A stretch of 64,000 nucleotides of DNA from Basidiobolus meristosporus CBS 931.73 (Eukaryota > Fungi > Basidiobolomycota): the NCBI GenBank assembly GCA_002104905.1, contig MCFE01000249.1:50616-114615 (forward strand). Direction: 5' to 3'. The notes beneath the pieces were generated by a model. The model worked only from the letters and a program-made list of their open reading frames with translations. It had not been told where the DNA came from and did not search any database. Both the position numbers and the translations under genes were made by a program. Every line of letters begins with the position of its first letter. Within the stretch, counting starts at the first letter, position 1. Positions 62,244-64,000 of the stretch are shown here, in pieces.

Positions 62244-62760
62244 AGGAAAGTCACCAAGTGGTGAAATCTTTATTTACTTATGACAAGTATCCAAAGAACC
62301 CAAGTTAATCTGAAGTTATTCCTAGAAAGCTAGGTCTGAGAGATATCATCCTGGTAAGCCAGGTCTGAGAGTTGAGAAGCTGAGTGGTACCATATTTCCT
62401 AGTTAGCTAGGTCTGAGAGAGGTTTCCTGGAATGCCAGGCCTGAGAAGTGAGAATCTGAATATATCTGAGCTAAATTATACTGGTTTGTGGTGGCTGAAT
62501 GGTTGCCGTAATGGCCAGTAGACTGGGGGAACTGAGATGAATTTCTGGGCAATCACTGGCCAAATTTACTAGGCAAATCTGGCCAATTAGCATTTCAAGG
62601 TTTTCAGCCAATCAGAGCCTTTACTATGCCCAATGGTTGATCAAGCCATCTCCCAATGAGCACACATCAATTTATTAATCATATTTTGCTGGATCCAGGA
62701 ATTGAACCCACAACCATGAGTATGGAAGGGTTAGGGAAAACCACAAGGCTAAGTGTTCTT
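62244..62760 (-). mobile_element. Putative tRNA-derived SINE
   Basis: Minus-strand A-box TAGCCTTGTGG (62751-62741) and B-box GGTTCAATTCC (62708-62698) start 43 nt apart. The body has a ~78-bp duplication. The 3' tail AAATAAAGATTTCACCACTTGGTGAC is shared with the LINE end. Both flanks carry GGTTAGGGG. Confidence 0.55.
62330..62460. repeat. Imperfect ~78-bp tandem duplication with four AGG(T/C)CTGAGA cores
   Basis: CTAGGTCTGAGAGA...CCTGG.A.GCCAGG.CTGAGA at about 62330 and 62407. Confidence 0.8.
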
Positions 62761-62770
62761 GGTTAGGGGG

Positions 62771-63030
62771 TGTTAGGATTTAAATCCTAACTAGTCACTA
62801 CCAATCACTTGAACACTACTGATTGAACACCTGGAATTGCACACAGATGATCAATTGCACTCAGTGATACACACGTTATTTAATACATCTTGAACCCTCC
62901 TTTTGGAAGCTTGCCCTATGTTATCGGAAGCTCTCCCTCCAAGGCTATCTCTATATAAACTCCTTTGAACACTATCAATAAAGCATCAACCTTTTACCGG
63001 TTCATCAACTACTCAGATAACCTCTCTGAT
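62771..63030 (+). mobile_element. Possible solo LTR
   Basis: Starts TGTTAGG after a purine-rich stretch. 20-bp perfect palindrome at 62772-62791, TATATAAA near 62952, AATAAA at 62978. The 3' boundary is uncertain. Confidence 0.3.
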
Positions 63031-63575
63031 TTATATTGGACATCCTCTGGTTCTCCTCTGCTTGCCCTCGATTCATAACATTGGTAGCAGCAAACCTCCA
63101 ATCTCCAAAAAAACAAAAACCTCCGTTGTGGTGGTGTATAGGTCCAAGGGAGAGATACGTCCAACACATCTCAAGTGTTTTGTGTGTGGGGTGTTCACTG
63201 GGTGCAATAACCTCTGGCAAAAGCTTGCTAGGAATACTTGGGTTCTGTCTCTAATCTAATGTGAAGGGGAATAAAGCCACAAGCTTGTCAAGGGAAAACT
63301 ATTGAGCTACAATCCCCAACTTAGTTGGCGTCTTAACAAAAGTATGTGCTGGGTTCAGCGTCCTTTGAGATGACAATGTACTAAAGCTTCCAAAGTCAAA
63401 ACAACTGTAAACTCCACCAGCAGGGACTTGATAAGAATGCAGCTGTGGTCAATAGTTACAAAGACAGAAAAGTATCTTTGCCTGTACAAGAACAAACTTG
63501 GGAAAGAATCAAATATAATAAAAGATAGCTACTCTGAGTATTCCTCATAAGTAGTGCCTCCAAGGTCAGTTGGCT

Positions 63576-63845
63576 GTCAGCGCGGTTTCCTGGGAGTGTC
63601 CTGTGGTCTGGGGTTGGAAGTTCAGGTAGCAGCAGGTAGCAGTGATCACACTAATCAACAAGTTGGTATATTGATAAAAGGGATGATGATTTATTGTTGA
63701 GGGAGAGCCTCCCTTATATACTTTTCTTACTGGCTAAGTGATTACTAATCATGGTGTTCCAGAAGGTTCTGGATATCAATAGAAATCTTAATGACATCAG
63801 AATAACCTAAGAATGTTCTAAGTAGGTGCCGGAAGGTTCTAAGAG
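63576..63845 (-). mobile_element. LTR/promoter-like repeat segment
   Basis: Minus-strand HSE-like GAA/TTC arrays (63757-63773, 63811-63840), then TATATAAG (63720-63713) and AATAAA (63695-63690), ending ...TGACA. Confidence 0.25.
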
Positions 63846-63849
63846 GCAC

Positions 63850-64000
63850 TTAGGGGGGGGGAGACAGTCACCAACAGGTGAAATCTTTATTTCAGTTGAA
63901 ACAAAGAAGCCAGCACTACTGTTGTAGCTTTGATACAAGAGTGTGTAGCTGAGGGGAATTTGTAGGTAAGTTAATAAGAAGTGATGATAGTTCTTCAGTG
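63850..64000 (-). mobile_element. 3' end of a second copy of the LINE-like element (continues beyond the window)
   Basis: About 150 bp nearly identical to 60763-60910 (about 7 substitutions plus a G-run length difference). Confidence 0.8.

Noticed and set aside
62690-62760. Functional tRNA gene
   Set aside because: A and B boxes are present, but the acceptor, anticodon and T stems do not pair properly. It is treated as a SINE head or pseudogene.
60761-64000. CRISPR-like or intact LTR retrotransposon interpretation of the terminal repeats
   Set aside because: The repeats are irregularly spaced (about 1.5 and 1.6 kb) in a eukaryotic context. There is no gag/integrase, PBS or paired LTRs with TSD. 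The shared segment looks like a non-LTR 3' tail.

Overview
Intron-rich, gene-dense fungal genomic DNA. Gene content (RNF220, REC-PDE, presequence-bearing HEM13, AA11) suggests an early-diverging Zoopagomycota/Mucoromycota-type fungus; that placement is my inference. I can support about 30 protein-coding genes, mostly housekeeping: PAM16, CDC25-like RasGEF, SEC2, cyclic nucleotide PDE, NOP9, UGGT, SKP1, RPL15, HEM13, IMP4, RPS10, NDUFAF7, RPL3, VMA10, two E2s, NAT3, GCV1, FAA1, TDP1 and a ketopantoate reductase. Two regions stand out. (1) A 5.5 kb accessory island at 22.6-28.2 kb holds a head-to-head pair of secreted tectonin-type beta-propeller lectins next to two 7TM GPCR-like genes. (2) The right end (60.7-64 kb, just after a secreted AA11 LPMO) is almost free of CpG. 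It holds a same-orientation array of a 5'-truncated non-LTR retroelement, a putative tRNA-derived SINE sharing its 3' stem-loop tail, and a third element end, punctuated by a telomere-like GGTTAGGGG 9-mer. Exon structures were worked out by eye. CDS coordinates are outer gene spans including introns. No database searches were run.
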